Shown piece after piece: positions 7,464 through 15,347 of a DNA stretch of 15,908 nt; position 1 is the stretch's first letter; each line of letters opens with the position of its first letter. This stretch comes from Armatimonadota bacterium (GTDB lineage: Bacteria > Armatimonadota > Armatimonadia > Armatimonadales > Armatimonadaceae): NCBI GenBank assembly GCA_043754515.1, contig JAYUUO010000064.1:1-15908 (forward strand). The letters are read 5' to 3'. The notes beneath the pieces are model-generated. The model did not search any database and had not been told where the DNA came from. It saw only the letters and a list, made by a program, of their open reading frames with translations. A program made the translations under genes and the position numbers.

Positions 7464-7492
7464 GTGGGAGGGGCGAACCCCGTTAGCACCAC
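7464..7492 (+). promoter_or_regulatory. Ribosomal protein L1-binding leader (translational autoregulation site)
   Basis: GTGGGAG-GGGCGAACCCC-GTTAGCACCAC matches the GGGAG/hairpin/ACCAC architecture of L1 mRNA sites, and lies immediately before the rplA ribosome-binding region. Confidence 0.75.
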
Positions 7493-7507
7493 GCAAGGTA
7501 GTAAACC

Positions 7508-8248
7508 ATGACAAAACAAGACCGAAGGGCGAAGGGCTTATATGTCTCGTCCAAGCGATACAAGGCGGATGCGGCGAAGGTCGAGCAGCGCGAGTACGAC
7601 CCGACCGAGGCACTCGATCTCGTAAAAGCGACCTCCACGACCAAGTTCGACGGCACGGTTGATCTCGCGGTACGCCTCGGGGTTGACCCCCGGCAGGGCG
7701 ACCAGGTCGTGCGCGGCACCACTGACCTGCCGCACGGCACCGGCAAGTCGCAACGCGTCGCGGTCTTCGCGCGCGGCGCGAACGCGGAGCTTGCGACGGC
7801 GGCGGGCGCGGACGAAGTCGGCGCGGAAGATTTGATCACCAAGATTCAGAACGGCTGGCGCGAGTTCGACGTGCTGGTCGCCACGCCCGACATGATGCCG
7901 CTGGTGGGCAAACTCGGTCGTACCCTGGGACCGCGCATGCCGAACCCCAAGTCCGGCACCGTGACCACCGACGTGACCCGCGTCGTGAACGCGATTAAGA
8001 AGGCGACCCGCGTCGCCTACCGCGTCGAAAAAGGCGGGATCATCCACGCCCCGATCGGCAAAGCGTCGTTCCCAGTTGAGCAACTGGAGCAGAACATGTA
8101 CACGCTCCTGAACGCGCTGTTTAAGGCGAAGCCGAGCGGTGCCAAGGGCCGATACATCGAGAAGATAACCGTCTCCGCGACAATGGGACCCGGCATTGAC
8201 GTCGAACTGCAAAAGACGACGACTACCGCCGAGCGTTTCATGCTGTAG
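7508..8248 (+). CDS. rplA: 50S ribosomal protein L1
   Basis: [32 protein letters not shown]...[13 protein letters not shown]...KPSGAKG...SATMGPG. Confidence 0.99.
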   Translation: MTKQDRRAKGLYVSSKRYKADAAKVEQREYDPTEALDLVKATSTTKFDGTVDLAVRLGVDPRQGDQVVRGTTDLPHGTGKSQRVAVFARGANAELATAAGADEVGAEDLITKIQNGWREFDVLVATPDMMPLVGKLGRTLGPRMPNPKSGTVTTDVTRVVNAIKKATRVAYRVEKGGIIHAPIGKASFPVEQLEQNMYTLLNALFKAKPSGAKGRYIEKITVSATMGPGIDVELQKTTTTAERFML

Positions 8249-8254
8249 TCGGAC

Positions 8255-8314
8255 TAGAGACTCAATAAGGATGGCCGGGCGGTATATCGCCCGGCCATCC
8301 TTATTGAGTCTCTA
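8255..8314. repeat. Perfect 27-bp-arm inverted repeat (bidirectional terminator and/or MITE-like element)
   Basis: TAGAGACTCAATAAGGATGGCCGGGCG (8255-8281), GTATAT loop, CGCCCGGCCATCCTTATTGAGTCTCTA (8288-8314). Located between convergent genes. Confidence 0.9.
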
Positions 8315-8394
8315 TGGGAACATCGTCACACCCGCCCGGTCATGTTCTCGCGGACGGGTCGGCTCGCGAACCGAGGCAACCTTCCGCCGTTTCT

Positions 8395-11300
8395 TTAGCC
8401 GTGGCGTCGCGCCACGAGCAGGCAGACATCGTCGCGGAACGTCCCGCTGTCGCTGTAAGAGCGTGCCGCGCCCATGATGCCCCGCGCGATGGCGTCCGGG
8501 TCGCTTGTTCGTCGGGCGGTGCTCTCGACCTGTTCCGCCACGCCCTCGTTTCCGAAGAAGTCATGCCGCCCGCGCCGCGACTCCGTGATCCCGTCCGTAC
8601 ACAGCACCAGCAGATCGCCCGGCTCCATGCGATGCGGGATCGTGTCGTACTTGCTTTCCTCGTACGCGCCGATTACTAGTCCCCTCGTGCGGATTTCCTC
8701 GCACGCGCCCGTGCTCGCGTGCCACCAGAGCGGGAACTCCACGCCGCCGCCCGCGACTTGTAATTCCCCGCTCCCCGTTTCCAGCACCGCGACCGTGATC
8801 GCTGCCATCGCGTTGCTATCCTCGCTACCGCCCGCCTGCGGGTCAAGCTCCTCCGCGTCGGTTAAAAGGCGATTCAGCCGCGCCAGCGCGATGCCGGGGT
8901 CTGGGTTCTCGCGCAGGAAGGCCCGGAGCGCGTACTTGATCTGGCCCGTGTGCTCCGCCGCCTTCAGCCCCTTGCCGGTCACGTCGCCGACCACGAGCGC
9001 GACGCGGCTATTTCGGAGCGCGAAAACGTCGAAGAAGTCGCCGCCGACCTGCGCCTCGTCCAGCGCGGGTTCGTACTCGGTGGACACTATGATGCCGGGG
9101 AACGCGTTGCCGGGCGGCGTGCTGAGCAGCGAGCGTTGCAACGTTTCCGCGACGCGGGCCTGCTTCGTCGCGTACTCGGACAGTGCGAACTCGGCCTCCT
9201 TGCGGTCCGTGATGTCTGTATGAACCCCCACCCACTCGCGCACCGCCCCGCCCACCGCAGGAACAGGCACGGCGCGAACGGACATGTATCGGTAGGTCTC
9301 GTCGGCGTGACGCAGGCGATGCTCCCCGACGAATGACGAGCGAGTGGCGACCGCCTCGCGCCACAGCCGCGTCGTCTCCTCGTGGTCATCCTCGTGTATC
9401 GCCTCCAGCCAGCCCAACCCCGCGTACTCGTCATACGATTGACCGGTGAACGCCGCCCATCCGGGTTGCTCGGCGGCGAACGCGCCGCCCGCGTCCGTGG
9501 TCCACACGATCTGCGCGGTCGCCGTGGTCAGCGAGCGGAACCGCTCCTCGCTCCGGCGCACCTCCTCCTCGGCGCGGCGCGACTCGGTGACGTCGGTGTT
9601 GGTGCCGAACCAGCGCATGATGTTGCCCGCCGCGTCGCGCAGGGGGACCGCGCGGGATAGGAACCAGCGGTACTCGCCGTCCGCGCCGCGCAGGGGGAAC
9701 GTGTCCTCCCACTCCGCGCCGCGCGCCATGTGATCCGCGAACCGCGCGGTGACCGGCCCCACGTAATCCGGGTGATGCACGGCCCGCCAGCCCCAGCCGC
9801 GCATTTCGTCTATCGTGGTGCCGGTATAGTCGAACCAGCGCCGGTTGTACCAGAACAGCGAGCCGTCCCTGTCCCCCATCCACGCCAGTTGCGAGATGTT
9901 GTCGGCGAGGGCGCGGAACCGTTCTTCCGACTCGCGCGACAGCCGCTCCGCTTCGCGCCGCTCGGTGTGGTCCTCGAAGTAGGCGTAGACCAGGTACGGC
10001 TTCGCCTCGCCGGGGCGGGTCAGCGGCACGGCGGACACCGATAGCCAGCGGTAGCGGTTCTCGTCCGGGTGGAAGACGCCCATCGGCACGTCGCGCACGC
10101 TCCGCCCAGTGCGGAGCGCGACCGGCCCCGGGTGCTCGTCGCCGGGAAGATCCGAGCCGTCTTCGCGCACGGTCCTCCAGCGCGGGTCGAACGAGTCACG
10201 CCCGGTCATCTGCGCGAGTGTCAGCCCCAGTATCCGTTCGGCGGCGGGGTTCGCGTCCAGAATCCGCGCGTCCCCGTCCTGATAGACGACCCCGCTCGCG
10301 ACCGTGTTAAACAGGAAGCGGTAATGCTCCTCGCGCGCCGCCAGTTCGTCCGCCGCACGCGTCTTCTCGGTGACGTCGAACGCGACCCCGATGATGCCGT
10401 CCGGCTCCCCGTCGTCGTTCATGACCGGGCTACAGCGCATCTCGAACACGATGCCGTTCACCGGCACGTTCCAGGAGACGGATTCGCCGTCCAGGGCGCG
10501 GCGCAGGTTAGCGGTCAGTTCCGGGAAATCCGCGTAAACGTCCCACGCCGATCTCCCGACGACCTCGCCCGGCTTCAGACCGATGCTGGCAAGCCCCGCG
10601 CCGTCGCTGAACGTGAACATGCCGTCTTTATCCAGCGCGAACGCCGTGATCGGCGCGTTCCCGATCACGGTGCGGAACCGTGACTCCGACTCGCGCAGGG
10701 ACTCGGCGGATTCACGCAACGCGTCCAGGGTGTTCCGCTCGTCCGTGATGTCGCGGAGCACGCCCACGATCCGGCCCCCGTTATCGCCGCTCCCCGGCAA
10801 GCGGGTGCCCAACGCGGACACCCAGCGCACGGTGTGGTCGGCGCGTCGCACCCGGTACTGCTCGGAGTAGACCGTGTCCGGCGCGTCATACGGGGGCAGT
10901 TTACGCAGGTAGTCCCCGAACACGGCCACGATCCGCTCCCTGTCCGTCTCGTGGATTCGCTCCCGCCAGTCATTGACCGCGAGCGGTTCGCCGGGCGCGA
11001 CCTGGAACAGTTCTGACGAGGCGGCGTCCGCGAGGATGCAACTACCCGCCTCATCATACTCCCACATCCCCAGTTTCGCCGACTGAACCGCTATCGCGAG
11101 GCGACTTTGCGACTCGCGCAGTTCGTCCAGGATCCTGTGCGAGTCGTCAATATCGGTGCAGGTGCCGATCCACATCCGCACCGCGCCCGTCGCGGCGTCG
11201 CGCACCGGCATCGCCCGCCCGACGAACCAGCGGTACACGCCGTCGTGCCGCCGGAACCTGTACTCTATATCGTAGTCCTCGCCCGCTTCCCACGCCTGCC

Positions 11301-11556
11301 GCCAGCGCGCCAGGGTTCGCTCCAGATCGTCGGGGTGGAGCGGGTTTACGAAGCCGAAACCCAGGCTGTCAGCCTCGGTCATCCCAGTGTACTCATACCA
11401 GCGGCGGTTGAAGTAGAAGTGCGAGCCGTCCGCGTCCGTCGCCCAGACGAACTGCGGCATGGCGTCGGCGAGCGTCGAAAAAAGCCCGCTGACGGTGTCC
11501 GCGACGGAGTCGGGGGACGGGTTATCCGCTAGTTTTGTGGAGATGTTATCTAGCAT
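8395..11556 (-). CDS. Multi-PAS sensor with C-terminal SpoIIE/PP2C (RsbU-like) serine phosphatase
   Basis: About six PAS/PAC repeats (e.g. WATDADG..YFNRRWYEYTG..HPDD..YRWF..WIGTCTDI), then PP2C motifs VGGDFFDVF, VVGDVTGKG, LCTDGITE, DDVCLLV. No obvious transmembrane segment. Confidence 0.93.
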   Translation of the reverse strand: MLDNISTKLADNPSPDSVADTVSGLFSTLADAMPQFVWATDADGSHFYFNRRWYEYTGMTEADSLGFGFVNPLHPDDLERTLARWRQAWEAGEDYDIEYRFRRHDGVYRWFVGRAMPVRDAATGAVRMWIGTCTDIDDSHRILDELRESQSRLAIAVQSAKLGMWEYDEAGSCILADAASSELFQVAPGEPLAVNDWRERIHETDRERIVAVFGDYLRKLPPYDAPDTVYSEQYRVRRADHTVRWVSALGTRLPGSGDNGGRIVGVLRDITDERNTLDALRESAESLRESESRFRTVIGNAPITAFALDKDGMFTFSDGAGLASIGLKPGEVVGRSAWDVYADFPELTANLRRALDGESVSWNVPVNGIVFEMRCSPVMNDDGEPDGIIGVAFDVTEKTRAADELAAREEHYRFLFNTVASGVVYQDGDARILDANPAAERILGLTLAQMTGRDSFDPRWRTVREDGSDLPGDEHPGPVALRTGRSVRDVPMGVFHPDENRYRWLSVSAVPLTRPGEAKPYLVYAYFEDHTERREAERLSRESEERFRALADNISQLAWMGDRDGSLFWYNRRWFDYTGTTIDEMRGWGWRAVHHPDYVGPVTARFADHMARGAEWEDTFPLRGADGEYRWFLSRAVPLRDAAGNIMRWFGTNTDVTESRRAEEEVRRSEERFRSLTTATAQIVWTTDAGGAFAAEQPGWAAFTGQSYDEYAGLGWLEAIHEDDHEETTRLWREAVATRSSFVGEHRLRHADETYRYMSVRAVPVPAVGGAVREWVGVHTDITDRKEAEFALSEYATKQARVAETLQRSLLSTPPGNAFPGIIVSTEYEPALDEAQVGGDFFDVFALRNSRVALVVGDVTGKGLKAAEHTGQIKYALRAFLRENPDPGIALARLNRLLTDAEELDPQAGGSEDSNAMAAITVAVLETGSGELQVAGGGVEFPLWWHASTGACEEIRTRGLVIGAYEESKYDTIPHRMEPGDLLVLCTDGITESRRGRHDFFGNEGVAEQVESTARRTSDPDAIARGIMGAARSYSDSGTFRDDVCLLVARRHG

Positions 11557-11829
11557 GCGCGCGTTTAGGCGGTTATTATACCCAACTATTGGGTGCGACC
11601 TACATTATCCGCGCGGCGCGACGCGGGGTTAAGTGGAACTGTGTGACTCCTTTAGATGAATCCTCTATGCACACGGAAGGTTGCGCCTTTATGTTCCGGT
11701 ATTAGCCTGAATAAGTCAGTCGCCTTCCGAGGGTACGGCGATCCTGATACTGTCTATCTTCTAACGCCGCGTTAGGTGGGTTGGTTCCGGGTATGGCGAT
11801 TTGAAGGCGCGTGTCAGCCGACGCAGCGA

Positions 11830-11877
11830 CGAAAGCAGACCGCCCCGCTGGATTCTCCGCGGGGCGGTCTACTTTCG
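11830..11877. terminator. Hairpin terminator downstream of the PEP-CTERM gene
   Basis: AGACCGCCCCGC (11837-11848) pairs with GCGGGGCGGTCT (11859-11870), extended by CGAAAG/CTTTCG. Lies just past the stop at 11890. Confidence 0.65.
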
Positions 11878-11889
11878 CGGCGGGTCAGG

Positions 11890-12675
11890 TTACGCGACGG
11901 TCTTGCGGCGGCGCGCGACGATGACCGCGGCGAGGGCGGGGAGGCAGGCGGCGAGCAGGGCGGGGGTGCCGCTTTCCGGGACGACGGTGATGGACCAGCC
12001 GAAGTTCGCGACGGGACTCCCGCTGAAGTTTGAAAAGGTTCCTATCGGGTTGTTCGCCAAAAAGCTACCCGCCGCCGTGGTTCGGAAGAAAGTGTCCTGA
12101 CTGGTTCCGGCGGTAGGCGGGTTGAAGATCCCCTGACCGAGATTGTTCAACTGCGCGGCGGTTGCCCCTGTCGCTCCTGTGTTGTCATCGAACGTGATTC
12201 CTGCCCAGAGCAGATTGTTCGTGATTGGCGCGAGGCTGACATAGTTCGCGGTGGTGAGCGTCGCGGTGAAGGTCGAGACGGTAGTACCCGCCGCGGTACC
12301 GGCGGCGAAACTGATGGGGTTGAAACTAAAACCGCCTAGAAACGTGCCGGGGCCGTTGCTCGCGCCATCACCTGCATAGAAGCGGATGCGTGGGCGCGCG
12401 GAGACAGCGGTAAGGTTCGCGTTGCCAACCGAGAAGGTAAACGCGGAGATGAACTGGCCCGCGGCGAAAAGGGGCGAGGACAGATCGTCTGCAACCAGGC
12501 TAGTGATGGTATTGCCAGCGGTGGGCGTCGCGTTGCCGTTGCTGAACGCCCCGATGAGGGTGGCAGTGTTGCTGTAGGCGACAATCTGGGCGTTCGCGCC
12601 CGGAGCGGCGAGTGACAGCACGGCGGCGAGGGCGAGGGCGCGAACGGCGGTGCCCAGGGTATTGAAACGATTCAT
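11890..12675 (-). CDS. PEP-CTERM-type exosortase-targeted surface protein
   Basis: Signal peptide (MNRF...LAAPGANA|Q) and a Thr/Gly/Asn/Phe-rich body. The C-terminus is VPESGT + hydrophobic helix + RRRK, a variant PEP-CTERM sorting signal. Confidence 0.85.
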   Translation of the reverse strand: MNRFNTLGTAVRALALAAVLSLAAPGANAQIVAYSNTATLIGAFSNGNATPTAGNTITSLVADDLSSPLFAAGQFISAFTFSVGNANLTAVSARPRIRFYAGDGASNGPGTFLGGFSFNPISFAAGTAAGTTVSTFTATLTTANYVSLAPITNNLLWAGITFDDNTGATGATAAQLNNLGQGIFNPPTAGTSQDTFFRTTAAGSFLANNPIGTFSNFSGSPVANFGWSITVVPESGTPALLAACLPALAAVIVARRRKTVA

Positions 12676-12859
12676 AAAGATGGCACTGACTCCTAAATCG
12701 GTGACGGTCCGGGCACCCTGTCCGGCGCGGCGTAGCGCGGGTCAGGATGCGGGCGGTATATGAGTGGCTAAGGCGCGGAGCGACGGGTCGCCGGGGGCTT
12801 GTCTACGTGGGCAGCCACCGCGCGGTAGGGGAAGGTTCGGTCGGCTTCGCCTGTTGGTC

Positions 12860-12888
12860 AGTATACACCTAAGTCGCTATATTTTCAA
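12860..12888 (-). promoter_or_regulatory. Sigma70-type promoter for the PEP-CTERM gene
   Basis: Minus strand TTGAAA (12888-12883), 17 bp spacer, TATACT (12865-12860), in a locally AT-rich patch. TAGGAG Shine-Dalgarno-like sequence upstream of the ATG. Confidence 0.6.
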
Positions 12889-13018
12889 CCTGTTTGTCAT
12901 ATTTTTTCGCCGATACACAGGAATCCAGAAGTCTCGCGCCGCCATACAGACGTGACGCGCCCGTAGATCGGCTTCCCCCTCGCTTAGAAGAGTCAAACTC
13001 GTTCATTCAGACGAGGTC

Positions 13019-14632
13019 TCACGGCAAAGGCGATAAGTCAAGCTCTGTGAGGAACCGGTTGTACTTCTTTGTTGCCTCAATAATTCTTACTTCAATTTCG
13101 AGCAGAGAGGCGTTCACCTCGGCCAGGTCGATCTCTTTCTCGGAGGAAGAGGTGCTGATATAGCGGGAGATATTCAGGTTGTACTCGTTCGCTTCGATCT
13201 CTTTGAGGGAGACGCGCCGGGAATAATGCTCCTCTTCGCTGCGGAACTGGTAGGTGGCGACAATCTTTTCTATGTGCTCCGGCAATAGGCGGTTCTGACG
13301 TTTGTCTTTTACGAAGTTCCCAGGCCCGGCGGCGTTGATAAAGAGCACATCGTCGAATTTCTTGCACTTTTTCAGCACCAGAATACAGACCGGGATACCC
13401 GTCGAGAAGAATAGATTGGCGGGCAGGCCGATCACGGTGTCGATGTGGTTGTCTTTGAGCAGCTTGGTACGAATACGGTCTTCGACGCCCCCCCGGAACA
13501 GGACGCCGTGGGGCAGGATAATCGCCATCGTGCCTTCCTGCTTCAGGTAGTGGAAGCCGTGCAGCAGAAAGGCGAAGTCGGCGGCGGACTTGGGTGCGAG
13601 GCCGTAATTCTTAAAGCGGACATCGTCGCCGATGGCGTCGGTGGGTTCCCAGCGGTAGCTGAAGGGCGGATTGGCGACCACGGCATCGAACTGGGGCTTT
13701 CGCGCCGGGTTGGCTTCGCGCAGCCTGTCCCAATCGTTGGTGAGGGTATCGCCGTGGAATATCTCAAACTCCGAGTCCTTTACGCCGTGCAGCAGCATAT
13801 TCATGCGGGCGAGGTTGTAGGTGGTGATGTTCTTTTCTTGCCCGTAGATCTTGCCGATGCCGTGGAGTCCCAGCCGGTTGCGAACATTCAGCAGGAGGGA
13901 GCCGGAACCGCAGGCAAAATCGAAGACACTTTCCAGGTGCTGCTTCTTACCGGTTGCCGGTTCCTGGCTATCCAGCGTAACGATGGCGGAGAGGATGCTG
14001 GAGATCTGTTGCGGGGTGTAGAACTCGCCTGCCTTCTTGCCAGAACCGGCGGCGAACTGCCCGATCAGGTACTCGTAGGCATCGCCCAGGGTGTCAATGT
14101 CGGTGGAGAACTGCGCCAGCCCCTCGGCAATCTTGCCGATGATGGCGCAAAGCTTGGCGTTGCGTTCGGTGTAGTTCTTTCCGAGCTTTTCCGAGTTGAG
14201 GTTGATTTCGGAGAACAGACCGTTGAACGTGCTGGCGAAGGACTCGTTCTCGATATAATCGAAGCCCTTTTGCAGGGTGTGCGATAGCTCCCCGTTCTGT
14301 GTCCGGGCCATCTCCGCGATACTTCCCCAGAGATGGGACGGCTGAATGACATAATGCACCTTACGGCGCATCTGCGCTTCAAATTCCGCCGTATCGTCCG
14401 AGTTCTCGTCGTACCAGACGGCGAGGGGGGTGCGCTTGTCTGTCCTGTCCAGCGCGGGATAGTCGTTCCCTAGTTCTTTGCGGGCGGTGGTTTCGTAGTT
14501 GTCGGAGAGGTAGCGCAGAAAGAGAAAGGAGAGCATATAGTCGCGGAAGTCGTCCGCGTTCATCGCGCCGCGCAATTGGTCGGCGATAGCCCAGAGGGTG
14601 TTACCCAGTTGTTTGTTTGTTTGTTCGTTCAC
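13019..14632 (-). CDS. hsdM: Type I restriction-modification system methyltransferase subunit M (N6-adenine)
   Basis: LWAIADQLRGAMNADDFRDY N-terminus, GDAYEYLIGQFAAGSGKKAGEFYTP, motif I FDFACGSGSLL, motif IV NPPF, LPHGVLFRGG, YNLNISRY. GTG start overlaps the upstream stop (GTGA). Confidence 0.97.
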   Translation of the reverse strand: MNEQTNKQLGNTLWAIADQLRGAMNADDFRDYMLSFLFLRYLSDNYETTARKELGNDYPALDRTDKRTPLAVWYDENSDDTAEFEAQMRRKVHYVIQPSHLWGSIAEMARTQNGELSHTLQKGFDYIENESFASTFNGLFSEINLNSEKLGKNYTERNAKLCAIIGKIAEGLAQFSTDIDTLGDAYEYLIGQFAAGSGKKAGEFYTPQQISSILSAIVTLDSQEPATGKKQHLESVFDFACGSGSLLLNVRNRLGLHGIGKIYGQEKNITTYNLARMNMLLHGVKDSEFEIFHGDTLTNDWDRLREANPARKPQFDAVVANPPFSYRWEPTDAIGDDVRFKNYGLAPKSAADFAFLLHGFHYLKQEGTMAIILPHGVLFRGGVEDRIRTKLLKDNHIDTVIGLPANLFFSTGIPVCILVLKKCKKFDDVLFINAAGPGNFVKDKRQNRLLPEHIEKIVATYQFRSEEEHYSRRVSLKEIEANEYNLNISRYISTSSSEKEIDLAEVNASLLEIEVRIIEATKKYNRFLTELDLSPLP

Positions 14633-14832
14633 GTTGCGTCTTTTTCGTCGGGGGGGGCAGACTGGAGGAGTTCCTGCGTGGAAATACGAGTGAGTTGCCC
14701 ATTCTTAACGACTATAAGGTCGGTGCCGGTCTGGATTGCTGTTTTGCGTGCCAGCAAGGCAGCACGTTTCAGCGCACCCAGGGCGGCGCGTATGTCGGGA
14801 TCTTTGGCTTTGGAAATATCTTCGGGCTTCAT
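14629..14832 (-). CDS. Small hypothetical protein, partner of the upstream zeta-like kinase
   Basis: 67 aa. ATGA overlap with the upstream gene and GTGA overlap with hsdM. Helix (ALKRAALLARKTA) followed by a beta hairpin (LIVVKNGQLTRI), as in small ORFs that follow COG4185-type genes. Confidence 0.75.
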   Translation of the reverse strand: MKPEDISKAKDPDIRAALGALKRAALLARKTAIQTGTDLIVVKNGQLTRISTQELLQSAPPDEKDAT

Positions 14833-15347
14833 TTATTTTCTCCCCATCCGAGCAGGATCGGTTCCTCGCCGTCGTTATCAAACTTAGACCAGGTATCCAC
14901 CTCGGTCTTGTAGACGTGTTCAAAATTTCGTAACCCGGCGGCAAAGCGGCGGCGTATCGTTTCTTCCGGGATATGGTGCCCCCCTTGACGAACTCGCTCC
15001 GCCACCCGGGCGACAGCCGTCTCGACGTTAGACAAAGCCAGAAAAAACAGGCTGACATGATAGCCTTGCAATTGCCATTGCTTGAGTTGTGCCAGGTAGC
15101 CCCGTCCGGAGAGCGTCGTCTCAAGAGCAAAACTTTCTCCACGTCGCACGCATGCTGCAATTTCTTCCAGCATCAAGCGTGCCGATTTGATCGCAACCGT
15201 TTCCGGCGCAAAGGGCGATAGCCCCGCCGCAATCAGGTCAGCATTGAGGAAGCGCAGTGTCTGCGCTTCTTCCGGCAGGAACGAACGGGCAAACGTCGTT
15301 TTCCCTGCGCCATTGGGTCCCGCAATGATGATGACTTTTTTACTCAT
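14829..15347 (-). CDS. Zeta-toxin-like / AAA_33 P-loop kinase (COG4185-like)
   Basis: MSKKVIIIAGPNGAGKTT Walker A, FLNADLIAAGLSPF, SFALETTLSG, RVAERVRQGGHHIPEETIRRRF, FDN. 172 aa from ATG 15347, which overlaps the upstream stop (ATGAGTAA). Confidence 0.88.
   Translation of the reverse strand: MSKKVIIIAGPNGAGKTTFARSFLPEEAQTLRFLNADLIAAGLSPFAPETVAIKSARLMLEEIAACVRRGESFALETTLSGRGYLAQLKQWQLQGYHVSLFFLALSNVETAVARVAERVRQGGHHIPEETIRRRFAAGLRNFEHVYKTEVDTWSKFDNDGEEPILLGWGENK

Noticed and set aside
11575..11594. TATAAT (minus strand) with an ACCCAA/TTGGGT inverted repeat upstream of the PAS-phosphatase gene
   Set aside because: A plausible -10, but there is no matching -35 and the arms are only 6 bp, so it is not called as a feature.
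12676..12855. Known riboswitch in the PEP-CTERM leader
   Set aside because: No recognisable c-di-GMP, TPP, SAM or cobalamin core motifs.
13445..14287. Long antisense and alternate-frame ORFs (e.g. 13445-14287, 7538-8212, 8474-9223, 680-1288, 3201-3815)
   Set aside because: Shadows of well-supported genes in GC-rich DNA, with no recognisable motifs.
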